From positions 95,777 to 159,776 of the forward strand of contig JAMCPI010000012.1 in NCBI GenBank assembly GCA_023379805.1: 64,000 nt of DNA, in the 5' to 3' direction. This DNA comes from Nitrososphaerota archaeon. GTDB taxonomy: Archaea > Thermoproteota > Nitrososphaeria > Nitrososphaerales > JACPRH01. Made by a program: the position numbers and the translations under genes. The notes under the pieces are model-generated. The model was not told the DNA's origin and made no database searches. It saw only the letters and a program-made list of their open reading frames with translations. Each line of letters starts with the position of its first letter. Within the stretch, counting starts at the first letter, position 1. Shown here one piece after another: positions 1-9,255 of this stretch.

Positions 1-100
1 TCCGACACATATCCGAGTCGCGGTGATGCCTCACACCGTATCTCAACATCTGAAGGTATTCTCAACAGACCTCAAAACGGTGCTGACCCAGCTAAGATAG
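1..100 (+). CDS. mfnA: 3' end of a PLP-dependent decarboxylase, probably L-tyrosine decarboxylase MfnA (partial, runs off the window)
   Basis: Frame 2 reads PTHIRVAVMPHTVSQHLKVFSTDLKTVLTQLR*, resembling the IRxxxMPH C-terminus of archaeal group II decarboxylases. It lies next to a methanofuran cluster. Confidence 0.6.
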   Translation, partial: PTHIRVAVMPHTVSQHLKVFSTDLKTVLTQLR

Positions 101-160
101 TGGGTGCTTCCTTTCTAGGCTAGGTTATCGAATCTCTGCCGCTTCGCGCTATCATTTTTA

Positions 161-763
161 TCAGGATACGAGGCTTTCTCGTTCCTTCTTGAAAAGTCCT
201 GCGCAGCTTGTGCAGCAGAAATAAAACTCATGTCCTCCGATGTTCATCTTCACCATGTCACCTCTAATATCCTTCTTGCAGGTTTGACAAGGGATTCTTA
301 CTCCGTACCCGGGTCGAAGAGGTGTGTCGTAGTGCTCTTTGATTGTCCCGGTTACCAGATCGCTACGAATATACTTGAGACCTTGAACCGCGCTTAGCTT
401 CTCGGTCACGAACTCTTCCAGCGCCTTAAGATCAGGAACAGAAACCTTCACCGTCAAGTTATGCTCCCCCGTTGTGAAGTAGGCGTCCGAAACTTCATCC
501 ATCTGCTTAATCCCTTCTCCGACATTCTTCAAATCAGGGACTTCACACTTCAAACTTATCAATGCGGTGACGCCGCCGAATAGCTTCTCCTGATCAAGAA
601 CAGTGGTGAACTGCTTAATCACACCGATGTCGATAAGCCGCTTAATTCTAGTGCGGGCGGTCGGGAGACTCACATTCGCCTCCCGAGCAACATCCTTAAT
701 GGCCATCCGGCTGTCCTTCTGCAGCGATACGAGTATACGGTAATCAACAGCGTCAAGCTCCAA
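161..763 (-). CDS. Lrp/AsnC-family regulator with C-terminal TRASH metal-binding domain (CopR/CopT-like)
   Basis: N-terminal AsnC HTH, RAM domain, and C-terminal CQTC...FYFCCTSC TRASH motif. Confidence 0.85.
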   Translation of the reverse strand: MELDAVDYRILVSLQKDSRMAIKDVAREANVSLPTARTRIKRLIDIGVIKQFTTVLDQEKLFGGVTALISLKCEVPDLKNVGEGIKQMDEVSDAYFTTGEHNLTVKVSVPDLKALEEFVTEKLSAVQGLKYIRSDLVTGTIKEHYDTPLRPGYGVRIPCQTCKKDIRGDMVKMNIGGHEFYFCCTSCAGLFKKERESLVS

Positions 764-947
764 CTGGTTCTTCCTTCCTTACACTTTACGAAACTCATAT
801 CCCCTATATGCTTTTCTCACAGCAAGATAGTTCATCCAACACTTTCCGAATCCTCGCTTACCGCAACCGTCTCCATTCCCAAGGGAAAGCAAAAGACAAA
901 TACCCGATTAATCGGTCTCTGATCTACATTAACTGAGGAAGCATTAC

Positions 948-1352
948 TTGATACGTAAAGTCGCGCCGATAACCGCTCTGATAATACTAATCACCATTGC
1001 AGCTATGCTCCCTCTAGCGTACAGCAAACCCATGTACATGGCGCAGGTACCGCAAGCCTTCAAAGATCAATGCACCCTCTGCCACACCTCAACATCCGGA
1101 ATGAACGGACTCAACCCCTTCGGCGCAGACTTTGAGAGAAGCGGACACTCAATCTCAAGCATCGGCAGCCTAGACTCTGATGGAGACGGGTACTCCAACG
1201 CCCAAGAACTATCTGCAGGCACCTATCCCGGGGATCCGAAATCCTATCCTGGAGCAACATCCATGGGAATCGGGATTGACATGATAGTTTTCCTCGTCAC
1301 AGCGGTGGTAGCCGTAGTTGCCGTTGTGAAATTCGTCATTCTACGGAGATAG
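948..1352 (+). CDS. Small exported, C-terminally anchored protein with one CxxCH haem-c motif and a DxDxDG Ca-binding-like repeat
   Basis: Signal peptide, CTLCH, DSDGDGYSNAQE, C-terminal TM helix followed by RR. Confidence 0.7.
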   Translation: MIRKVAPITALIILITIAAMLPLAYSKPMYMAQVPQAFKDQCTLCHTSTSGMNGLNPFGADFERSGHSISSIGSLDSDGDGYSNAQELSAGTYPGDPKSYPGATSMGIGIDMIVFLVTAVVAVVAVVKFVILRR

Positions 1353-1541
1353 CAACATGAAAACTATTCTACTGCCTGTAATAATTGCCTCATCTTACCA
1401 TTACAAAAACCTAGGTCTCGACTCTTCCGCCCAAAAGGGGATCCCTGTAGCGTTTGCCCCTATTGTAAACTTGGGGCTTGTAAATTTGCATACAGGTAAA
1501 CCGGAGCCATTACCCAGATTGGTTAAGGTGCCATCACAAGA

Positions 1542-2660
1542 ATGACCCGTCGTGTCACAGATCATGCGGCGTTAACGGGTGCAACAGGTAGTCTTGCCCT
1601 GTTTCTAATATACATCCTAGTCCTGACTGTTTTTGAATCATTCAGCTACGCGATGCAGCAGCTTGCTCAATGGATTTACTGGATCGTGCCGCTAACTATA
1701 GGTTTCGGAATCCAAGTTGGGCTCTACTCACACATTAAAACTGCCTTCCGCACAAGGGTTGACACCGCTGCGACCGGAAGTGTCGCTGCCTCAGGAGGCA
1801 TCTCAACCACCTCAATGATCGCGTGCTGTCTACATCACCTAACCGACGTGCTTCCCATCCTTGGACTGTCCGCCGCGGCTGTAGTCCTAATCAAATATCA
1901 GTCAATATTCATGGCTATGGGATTACTATCCAACATCGTTGGGGTCACCTTTATGCTGATGGTGATGCAGCAACACGGAGTCCCAGTCGAGAACGGGTTT
2001 GCTAAGAAGATATTTCGCTACGATATGAAGCGTGTTAGAAACACCGCGATAGCCGCATCAATCATCATATTAATCGGTCTCACACTTTCATCAATACCAC
2101 CATTCGCTCCAACATCAAGTGGAGGCGTTGCTCAAACAAGCGGGCTTCAACCGGTCACCAATGAAGCAGGGGGCGTCTCATTCGAAATCACTCCACAAGG
2201 CTTCAGCCCGACGGAGCAGGTTGTCTTTAACGTCGGCATCAACACCCATCAAGGCAGCCTTGACTACGACTTCACTAAGATATCGACTCTGGAGACGTCG
2301 AGCGGAGGCAAATACACACCTTTGAAGTGGGACGGTGCTAGCGGAGGTCATCACCTATCGGGCACCCTCACATTCCCACCGGTCGGCGAAACCAACAGTC
2401 TCAAACTCACAATCCGAAACGTCTACGATGTTCCTGAGCGAGTATTCCAATGGAACCTAGGTTCTCAGTCCGGCGGCGCAGCTGCCACAGCCTCCGCACC
2501 ATTAGCTCTCAACATCTACATTTTGGGTATCACGATAGTAGCTGTGTTGATAGCGGTGGTTCTGATTAACCGCCGCCCTAAGAAAGTTGATACCAAGTAT
2601 GAGCAGATGCTGAAGCAAGAGTGTCACAAGGATCAGGCGGATAGCAACATCTCAAGCTAA
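1542..2660 (+). CDS. Membrane protein with CCxHH motif fused to an extracytoplasmic His-motif domain (putative heavy-metal handling)
   Basis: Several TM helices, SMIACCLHH, NTHQGSL and GGHHLSG motifs, C-terminal TM helix. Confidence 0.6.
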   Translation: MTRRVTDHAALTGATGSLALFLIYILVLTVFESFSYAMQQLAQWIYWIVPLTIGFGIQVGLYSHIKTAFRTRVDTAATGSVAASGGISTTSMIACCLHHLTDVLPILGLSAAAVVLIKYQSIFMAMGLLSNIVGVTFMLMVMQQHGVPVENGFAKKIFRYDMKRVRNTAIAASIIILIGLTLSSIPPFAPTSSGGVAQTSGLQPVTNEAGGVSFEITPQGFSPTEQVVFNVGINTHQGSLDYDFTKISTLETSSGGKYTPLKWDGASGGHHLSGTLTFPPVGETNSLKLTIRNVYDVPERVFQWNLGSQSGGAAATASAPLALNIYILGITIVAVLIAVVLINRRPKKVDTKYEQMLKQECHKDQADSNISS

Positions 2661-2744
2661 TCGGCTATTCATCCTAAAAATCCCGCTGGTCCAGCACTTA
2701 ACGGCTTTATATCCTGATCATTTGTAAGGCCGTGTAGGTCTCAG

Positions 2745-4313
2745 ATGAAGGTTCTTCTGGTGACGGGGAGGCTGGCGGAGCCTATTGTGAGAAGATACGC
2801 CTCAGAGAGTCGTTTAAAGGCTGAGGTTATTGCTCTTCCATTCGCCGTCGCCGCTCTGATGACCTCCCGCTACATAGCTACCCATCTCAAGAGCCAAGGC
2901 GTAACAGGCTTCGATTTAGTGATGGTGCCGGGTTTGGTCAAAGGCGACGTTTCAACAATCTCTGAAGCGGTAGGTGTCTCAACGTTCAAGGGACCACGTT
3001 ATGCAGCAGATCTGCCCTCAGTGCTTAACCTGCTGAGTGAAGACAAAATCAAGCTATCAACCGCGGTCCCAGCCTGCGACCTCATCCGTGAACAGCTAAG
3101 TCATATCGCGCTAGAATCTATCCGTGAAGCAGAAGCGAATCGGGAATATCTTCTGAAGCGACCGGGGAACATGATGATAGGAAACCTCGCGGTGGGCCGA
3201 GACTTCCCAGCACGAATACTCGCAGAGATCGTCGATGTCCCAAAGATGCTTGACGAAGAAATTAGAAACCGCGCCATTTACTATGCGGAATCCGGTGCCG
3301 ACATCATAGACATCGGAATGATTGCTGGGCTCTCCCAACCTAAAGACGCTTTCCGAGCAGTCAAGATTGTGAAGAGCGCTGTTGATTTACCGGTCAGCAT
3401 CGATAGTCTAGATCCCGCGGAGATCGAATCGGCAGTCTCAGCGGGCGTAGATATGATACTGAGCCTTGACGGAGGAAACATCGAAGCAGTAGCCAGCTTC
3501 GCCTCACATATTCCTGCAGTCGTAATCCCAACAGATTTCAGTCGTTCACTCTTCCCTAAAGAGGCGGCTGCAAAGGTTCAGCTGATTGAACAGAACTTTG
3601 AGCTGGCAAGAAGCGCAGGCTTCACCAAACTGATAGCCGATCCGATACTTGACCCGCTTATTCACCCAGGATCGGTGGAGTCGATTTTGGCCGCGGAGCA
3701 TTTTCGGCGTCTGCATCCTGATTATTTGATGATGCTCGGCGTAGGTAATGCTATTGAGCTTCTCGATGCTGACACACCGGGAGCTAATGCTGTGTTCGCG
3801 GGGATAACTGCGGAGCTGGAAGTGAGCATTTTATTGACAACCGAGGTGAGCGATAAGGCAAGTGGCAGCGTCGCGGAGCTCTCAACACTCTCCGATATGA
3901 TGTTCCTAGCGCGGAGGCGGAACTCTGCTCCTAAAGATCTCGGGCTCGACCTACTCATTTTGAAGGAGAAACGTAGAAATGATGAGCCGTTCAACCAAAA
4001 CCTGCTGTCCGAAGTAACTTCAGTCAAACCTGAAGAGGTCAGCCGCTCCGGATCCGACCCGAAAGGTTGTTTCAAGATTCTCCTAGACCGAAGAGGTAGG
4101 GAAATAGTTCTTCTACACTACACTCGACCTGATCTTGAGAAGCCAGATCTAGCCATAAGAGGAGACAACGCCGCTGCTGTGTACAAGACAGCGGTTCAGA
4201 AGGGCTTGCTCTCCAGCCTAGAGCATGCGGCTTATCTTGGCGCCGAGGTGACTAAAGCTGAAATTGCGTTAAAGCTCGGGCGAAGCTATGTTCAAGACTC
4301 ACCTGTCTTCTAA
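2745..4313 (+). CDS. Dihydropteroate synthase-related protein (MJ0107/orf20-like, pterin-binding TIM barrel plus DUF4346-like tail)
   Basis: KVLLVTGRLA N-terminus, GADIIDIG, PVSIDS, and the HAAYLGAEVTKAEIALKLGRSYVQD tail. Confidence 0.85.
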   Translation: MKVLLVTGRLAEPIVRRYASESRLKAEVIALPFAVAALMTSRYIATHLKSQGVTGFDLVMVPGLVKGDVSTISEAVGVSTFKGPRYAADLPSVLNLLSEDKIKLSTAVPACDLIREQLSHIALESIREAEANREYLLKRPGNMMIGNLAVGRDFPARILAEIVDVPKMLDEEIRNRAIYYAESGADIIDIGMIAGLSQPKDAFRAVKIVKSAVDLPVSIDSLDPAEIESAVSAGVDMILSLDGGNIEAVASFASHIPAVVIPTDFSRSLFPKEAAAKVQLIEQNFELARSAGFTKLIADPILDPLIHPGSVESILAAEHFRRLHPDYLMMLGVGNAIELLDADTPGANAVFAGITAELEVSILLTTEVSDKASGSVAELSTLSDMMFLARRRNSAPKDLGLDLLILKEKRRNDEPFNQNLLSEVTSVKPEEVSRSGSDPKGCFKILLDRRGREIVLLHYTRPDLEKPDLAIRGDNAAAVYKTAVQKGLLSSLEHAAYLGAEVTKAEIALKLGRSYVQDSPVF

Positions 4314-4315
4314 TC

Positions 4316-5257
4316 TCAACGCATCCTCGGCAGGGCTTCCTCTGCAATCAGGTTAACCGCTTCATCCCAAGTCGGTCCAAGCGGTGGTGCGAGAACCAGT
4401 AGCGTAACTCCGCTCTTGATTAGTTGTTGAATCTTCATCAAACAAGCGTCAGGTGTCCCTGCGACCGCCAGCGAGTCAACCATCTCCGACGTCACCGCGC
4501 TAGCAACTGCGTCGCGATCGTTCCGTCTAAGCGCATCTTTAACTCGCTCACGATCCTCCAGCGGGATACTGAGCCGCTCCAAAACCGGGTCAGGACATCC
4601 CGACACGATAACAGCTACTTTCGAGCGAACCTGTTTAACCGCCTCATCCCAGCTTCGAGCCGCTGAGAAAGGCATCTCAGCCCCCCACTCGAAACCGTCC
4701 AGAGTCCTGCCGGTCTCTAAACCACTTCGCCTCACAATCTCCACAGCTCGTTTACACTCACGCGGGTCAGCCGAGTTAATTATGATGCCGTCACCTATTT
4801 CGCCGGCAAGCCTGAGCATCCGATCCCCTTGCGCACCAACTAGAATCGGGATACGGCGGTCGGCTAGAAGCGTGCTGATGGTTTGAGCTGCCTTTCTAAC
4901 AGCTGCAACTGGTCGGACCTGCTCTACGCCGAGTCTTCTGAGGCCTTCCTTATCACCAGCTCCGATGCCGCACACTACTCGGCCAGGTGCGATTTCACTC
5001 AGAGATGCAAGGATCTGAGCCGTAACAGCTGGGTGGATCAGGTAGGGGTTAGTGACGCCTGGCCCTATTCTCACCTTTCGAGTATTCTCTGCAACTATTG
5101 TAAGGGATACATACGCGTTCCTTCCCTTCAGATGATCGCTCATTAACACATAGTCAAACCCAGCCTTTTCAGCCTTCACCGCACGTCTAACGGTGAGACT
5201 GTAATCCTCATCCGGAATAAGCCCAACTCCAAATTTTATCATCAGCTTCAAACTCAC
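4316..5257 (-). CDS. mer: F420-dependent methylene-H4MPT reductase (Mer)-like LLM oxidoreductase
   Basis: KFG, SDH, IGPGVTNPY, GIGAGD, GAQG.RML..AGEIGDG..IN and GTPD motifs are colinear with Mer. Confidence 0.7.
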   Translation of the reverse strand: MSLKLMIKFGVGLIPDEDYSLTVRRAVKAEKAGFDYVLMSDHLKGRNAYVSLTIVAENTRKVRIGPGVTNPYLIHPAVTAQILASLSEIAPGRVVCGIGAGDKEGLRRLGVEQVRPVAAVRKAAQTISTLLADRRIPILVGAQGDRMLRLAGEIGDGIIINSADPRECKRAVEIVRRSGLETGRTLDGFEWGAEMPFSAARSWDEAVKQVRSKVAVIVSGCPDPVLERLSIPLEDRERVKDALRRNDRDAVASAVTSEMVDSLAVAGTPDACLMKIQQLIKSGVTLLVLAPPLGPTWDEAVNLIAEEALPRMR

Positions 5258-5385
5258 CTCAGCAGCAAAGCAAACTCCTCGAGACTGGCAATCATCTCTC
5301 CATGCTTACTTTAATGTGTTCTCTGATAATGAAACCCTATGACTGTATTATGGCGGTTTAATCCAGTTTGATGCTTGTGGGTGCT

Positions 5386-5448
5386 GTGAAAAGAAGGTGG
5401 CCGAGCCCCTCCCGCAGTCAGAGCATCTGAGACTCGGATACATATTGA
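5386..5448 (-). terminator. GC-rich hairpin followed by a pyrimidine/U tract downstream of the G1 peptidase
   Basis: On the minus strand, a CCGAGUCUC/GGGGCUCGG stem is followed by CCACCUUCUUUU. Confidence 0.4.
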
Positions 5449-5462
5449 ACGCTTGGTTTTTT

Positions 5463-6233
5463 CTAAGAGTGCCTCCAAGTTACGGAGAAGCTACTTCCAT
5501 CTGTTGAGAGCGCAGAGGGCTGTGCCTTTACTGTCCCTGACTGTGTTGTCATGGTTATTGCGTCGTTCTGCCAAGTCCCGTTGTTTATTGTGCCGGTGAT
5601 ACCGTTTATGGTTACTTGTGCATTCTGGAAGTTGACTGTTCCGAAGTTAGCTAATGGAAGTACGCCTCCGGAGGAAGATGGTGCTTCAGCCACCCATTCT
5701 GCTGAAGATCTTTGGGCTCTGGTTGATTTCTGGGTTGTTGTGAAGGTCGCTCCTGTTGTTGTGTCAGTAATTGTTATTCTGAAGCTGCCTTTGCCGATGA
5801 ACTGAACTTCACCGGTCATTAGGTCTCCTGGGCTTATTGTCATCTTTAGATTCACTGGGAATTTGGGGTACATCTCATACCAGGCGTAATACTTTGGTAC
5901 TCCTGAGGAGCAGTCTGAATCTGTCCCAGTCTGCTCAACCGTGCTTGAGGCGTATCCGTCGATGCCCACCCAGAAGGATGAATAGGCGCTCGGTGTGGCT
6001 GAGCAGTCTACTGCTGGCACAGTCCAAGATCCTTTAACATCTGATACTGAGCCCATCTGCGGTGAAGCCAAATTGGTTTCAACAGCGTAGCCGGACCAGT
6101 TTGAGCTGACCCCGCTTCTCAGGTGGATTCTTGGTGCATTTGTGAAGAACGTCACAGATGTTAGCGCATAAGTTGGGGTCAAGAGAACCATTGATATGAT
6201 GACTATTAACGCGAGTTTTCCTCTACTATTCAA
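5463..6233 (-). CDS. Secreted G1-family glutamic endopeptidase (peptidase A4/scytalidoglutamic type)
   Basis: SSNWSGY, WVGIDG, EQTGT (catalytic Gln), AWYE and SAEWVAEAP (catalytic Glu). The start is placed at TTG 6233, just before the signal peptide, rather than at 6407. Confidence 0.85.
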   Translation of the reverse strand: MNSRGKLALIVIISMVLLTPTYALTSVTFFTNAPRIHLRSGVSSNWSGYAVETNLASPQMGSVSDVKGSWTVPAVDCSATPSAYSSFWVGIDGYASSTVEQTGTDSDCSSGVPKYYAWYEMYPKFPVNLKMTISPGDLMTGEVQFIGKGSFRITITDTTTGATFTTTQKSTRAQRSSAEWVAEAPSSSGGVLPLANFGTVNFQNAQVTINGITGTINNGTWQNDAITMTTQSGTVKAQPSALSTDGSSFSVTWRHS

Positions 6234-6478
6234 GTTATAATCGCTGCAAGCAAAGGTTCTCAATCGACATATAACTGTTCTTGAATAACAGATGTTACAT
6301 GCATAGAATAGGGGCTCAGCAAAATGTAGCAAACATAAATAGACACTTATGCTTCTATGCCTGCTGATAAATTGGCTGAACCAATTATTCTCGCCCTCGG
6401 TTTTCATCCATGTGAATCAGCAGCATCACCGGCTCATCCTGAAGAATACACAGCTTGCGGTTGATGAGGTGAATAGGC

Positions 6479-7534
6479 ATTACACAGCACATTTCTCAAT
6501 CAGACTTAGAAGGTCGAGATGGCGACTTCTTTGAGCTTCAAGACGGTGCGATCTTCGAGGTTAAGGGGCATCTTCACCCGCCTAGCAAGCTAATTGCTTA
6601 CCCGCGCTACATCCCTGACGAGCATGGTGACCGAGCCAGAGGGTCACGCAGGTATCGGAAGACCTATCCGCTAGGCGAACGCTACAGCCTCCTGCGGCTA
6701 CGCTATCCCAATTTCCTAACGCATGATCCTGTTTTAGACATGGAGGTTCCTCAAGTCCCCCGGGGCCAAATCACGGTCTACTACCGTCCAGTTGACGCTC
6801 TAGCTAGACTCCTAGGAGAAGCCAAGCCTGATGAAACTGAGCAGTGTGCAGTAGACTTCGCTTCCCTTATCAAAGATCGCTCCGGAGTCCCCGCTTCCAA
6901 CCTCGGCGTCTCAGGCTCCATCAAAATCGGACTCCACACGCCATCTTCCGACATCGATATTATCGTCTATGGTCGCAACGAATCTATGCGTGTCAGAGAG
7001 GCATTGAAGCATCTGCTCAGAGAAGGCGACCCCGTAAGGCACTATCACCCAGATGAGATGAAGCGGCTCTATCATTTCCGAGTGGCAGACACAAAGATGC
7101 CTTATGATCAGTTCGCTCGACATGAGGCGAGAAAAAACTTTCAAGGAATATATCGAGACCGAGAATTCTTCATCCGCTACCTTCCCAACTCATCCGAGAT
7201 CGGTGAAGCCTACGGAGACGTCAAATATCATACCGAAGGTTATGTTAAGGTTAAGGCGTTGGTGACCGACGCCTCAGAATCCTTCTACACTCCCTGCCGA
7301 TACAGATTGACACAAGTAGAATCTCTGAAAGGGCCAACTGTACCTGATATCACTGAGGTAGTCTCTTTCAGAGGACGTTTCTGCGAGCAAGCCGAAACAG
7401 GCGAGAGGGTCGTGCTACAGGGTAAACTAGAGTGGGTTATTACCGCCACCGGCTCACATAGACGAGTTCTGCTAGGAGGCACGCCTTCAGACTCTATGAT
7501 ATCCTTGTCTCTGCTTAACACCAAAAGTAGCTGA
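6479..7534 (+). CDS. Pol-beta-superfamily nucleotidyltransferase (archaeal COG1665-like), paralogue 1; non-canonical start inferred
   Basis: GS...SDIDI motif. The open frame extends upstream of ATG 6740 to a stop at 6470-6472 and encodes RDGDFFELQDGAIFEVKGHLHPPSKLIAYPRY, homologous to the N-terminus of paralogue 2. Confidence 0.75.
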   Translation: MTQHISQSDLEGRDGDFFELQDGAIFEVKGHLHPPSKLIAYPRYIPDEHGDRARGSRRYRKTYPLGERYSLLRLRYPNFLTHDPVLDMEVPQVPRGQITVYYRPVDALARLLGEAKPDETEQCAVDFASLIKDRSGVPASNLGVSGSIKIGLHTPSSDIDIIVYGRNESMRVREALKHLLREGDPVRHYHPDEMKRLYHFRVADTKMPYDQFARHEARKNFQGIYRDREFFIRYLPNSSEIGEAYGDVKYHTEGYVKVKALVTDASESFYTPCRYRLTQVESLKGPTVPDITEVVSFRGRFCEQAETGERVVLQGKLEWVITATGSHRRVLLGGTPSDSMISLSLLNTKSS

Positions 7535-7576
7535 AGGAAGAAAAATAGGTAGGTATGTAGGTAGGAGACCTGAAAA

Positions 7577-8638
7577 TTGTCGTTATCCGCTGAGGTATTC
7601 AGGGACAGGGAGTTTATTCGCACTGGTGAAAACCTGTACTTCTGCGTAGTAGATGATATCCACCCGCTAGACAGAGTAATATCTTATCTACGCTACGCTC
7701 CGTCAGCTGAAGGTAAGTGGGGGCGCGGTGGACAGAGATTCGCCCGCGCTATGCCGACCTACTCAATCCCTAATCTTCTCAGGAACATCGACTACTTGAA
7801 GACCATGTACCCTGACTATGTTTTTCGCTCAGATGTCTTCGGCGTAGAGATGTCGGCTGTGCCTTTGAACCGGGTCGCGCAGCACTATCTTCCACAAGTT
7901 AAGATGAGGGAGATTTCGGAGATGGAGCGGCCTGACTCTCTGCAGAGGAAGGTGGTTGATCTGGTTGATTACATCTCAGATGCAACAGGCGTGGATCAAG
8001 ATGTCTTCGGGGTCACCGGCTCAATACTGATTGATCTGCATAATCCTGAGTTCTCCGACATCGATCTAACTATTTCAGGTGGCGCGAACGGTCTTCATAT
8101 CAAGAAAATGTTGCCTACTTTGTACTCCGAAGCGGAAGGCTTGGTGAAGAGTATACCGAAGCCGCTGCTGAAGCGATGGTATGAGGACAAGGTGAAGACA
8201 CACCCGTTAAGTCTTGACGAGGCGAAGGATCTTCGGCGGAGGCAATGGAACTACAACTCCTTCAGAGGTACCGTCTTCTCCATCCATACTGTTCGAGCAC
8301 TCTCTGAGATACGTGAAAAGTATGGTGACAAGCATTTTCATTCAGTAGGCATCGTGACCGGTCGGGCAGTGATATCGGATGCTTCAGAGTCACTGTTCAA
8401 CCCGCATATCTACGAGGTGGAGGACTTCAAGGTTGACGAAGGAATGAAGGTTGAAGATATCCTAGAGGTGTCCACATACTCTGGGCTCTTTGGCGGGGTC
8501 TTCGAGGAGGGTGAGGCGATACTTGTACACGGGAAGCTTGAGCTGGTTGAGGATACACGAAGCGGCGATGTCTACCACCGCATCGTAATAGGTTCACCTG
8601 AAGCAGGCGGTCACGACTACATTAAACCCATCAGCTAA
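7577..8638 (+). CDS. Pol-beta-superfamily nucleotidyltransferase (COG1665-like), paralogue 2
   Basis: FGVTGSILIDLHNPEFSDIDL motif and C-terminal OB-like segment (GEAILVHGKLE). Confidence 0.8.
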   Translation: MSLSAEVFRDREFIRTGENLYFCVVDDIHPLDRVISYLRYAPSAEGKWGRGGQRFARAMPTYSIPNLLRNIDYLKTMYPDYVFRSDVFGVEMSAVPLNRVAQHYLPQVKMREISEMERPDSLQRKVVDLVDYISDATGVDQDVFGVTGSILIDLHNPEFSDIDLTISGGANGLHIKKMLPTLYSEAEGLVKSIPKPLLKRWYEDKVKTHPLSLDEAKDLRRRQWNYNSFRGTVFSIHTVRALSEIREKYGDKHFHSVGIVTGRAVISDASESLFNPHIYEVEDFKVDEGMKVEDILEVSTYSGLFGGVFEEGEAILVHGKLELVEDTRSGDVYHRIVIGSPEAGGHDYIKPIS

Positions 8639-8859
8639 CCATCGTTTGATGATTTTCTTCTCGATCCTGAGATATGCTCTTCAGATTGTGATTGTTCAAT
8701 GTTTTTCAGGAATGAGTCTCGTTTCTCGACTCTTTACTGACTGAATAGTTATCTGCGGGTTGAAGCGCAACATTTAATAAAATTGGTTTCATCCTAATTT
8801 CTCTGATCCAGCTGAGACTGCAAAATGCTTATAGTCTCTATATTCTCGGTGAGAAGTGA

Positions 8860-9255
8860 ATGACCAGCCTGCAAGTTACGGTACTGTCAGGCCGAACGCT
8901 GAGGCAAGGCGTAGGGAAAGAGGCCGGGAAAACCTCTGACCGATACCGCACCGCCGTCTCAGTATGCGAGATGCATCCTGAAGATATTACTGCTCTCTTA
9001 ATCAAGCCGGGTGACTATGTGCGGCTGACTACCGCATACGGTACCGTTGTCTTGAAGAGCGCATCCTCAAACCAGTTCCCCAGAAGAGGCGTAGTGTACA
9101 TTGCCTACGGCCCCTATGCAAACCAACTCTTCGGCCCAGACACTGGCAGCTCCGGCATGCCTACATTCAAAGGCTTAATTGCCACCGTGGAACCAGCTGG
9201 TCCTGAACAGTTCAAGAAGATTGAAGAACTGTTTAACGCAGAGGAGAATATCTAG
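8860..9255 (+). CDS. fwdD: Formylmethanofuran dehydrogenase subunit D
   Basis: GRTLRQG, GPYAN and TGSSGMPTFKG motifs of the molybdopterin dinucleotide-binding domain. Confidence 0.92.
   Translation: MTSLQVTVLSGRTLRQGVGKEAGKTSDRYRTAVSVCEMHPEDITALLIKPGDYVRLTTAYGTVVLKSASSNQFPRRGVVYIAYGPYANQLFGPDTGSSGMPTFKGLIATVEPAGPEQFKKIEELFNAEENI

Noticed and set aside
1357..1545. 62-aa ORF between the cytochrome and membrane genes
   Set aside because: No motif is evident; the region looks regulatory (TTGTAAA repeats).
6234..6407. N-terminal extension of the G1 peptidase ORF
   Set aside because: The segment is AT-rich and promoter-like, and the signal peptide begins after TTG 6233.
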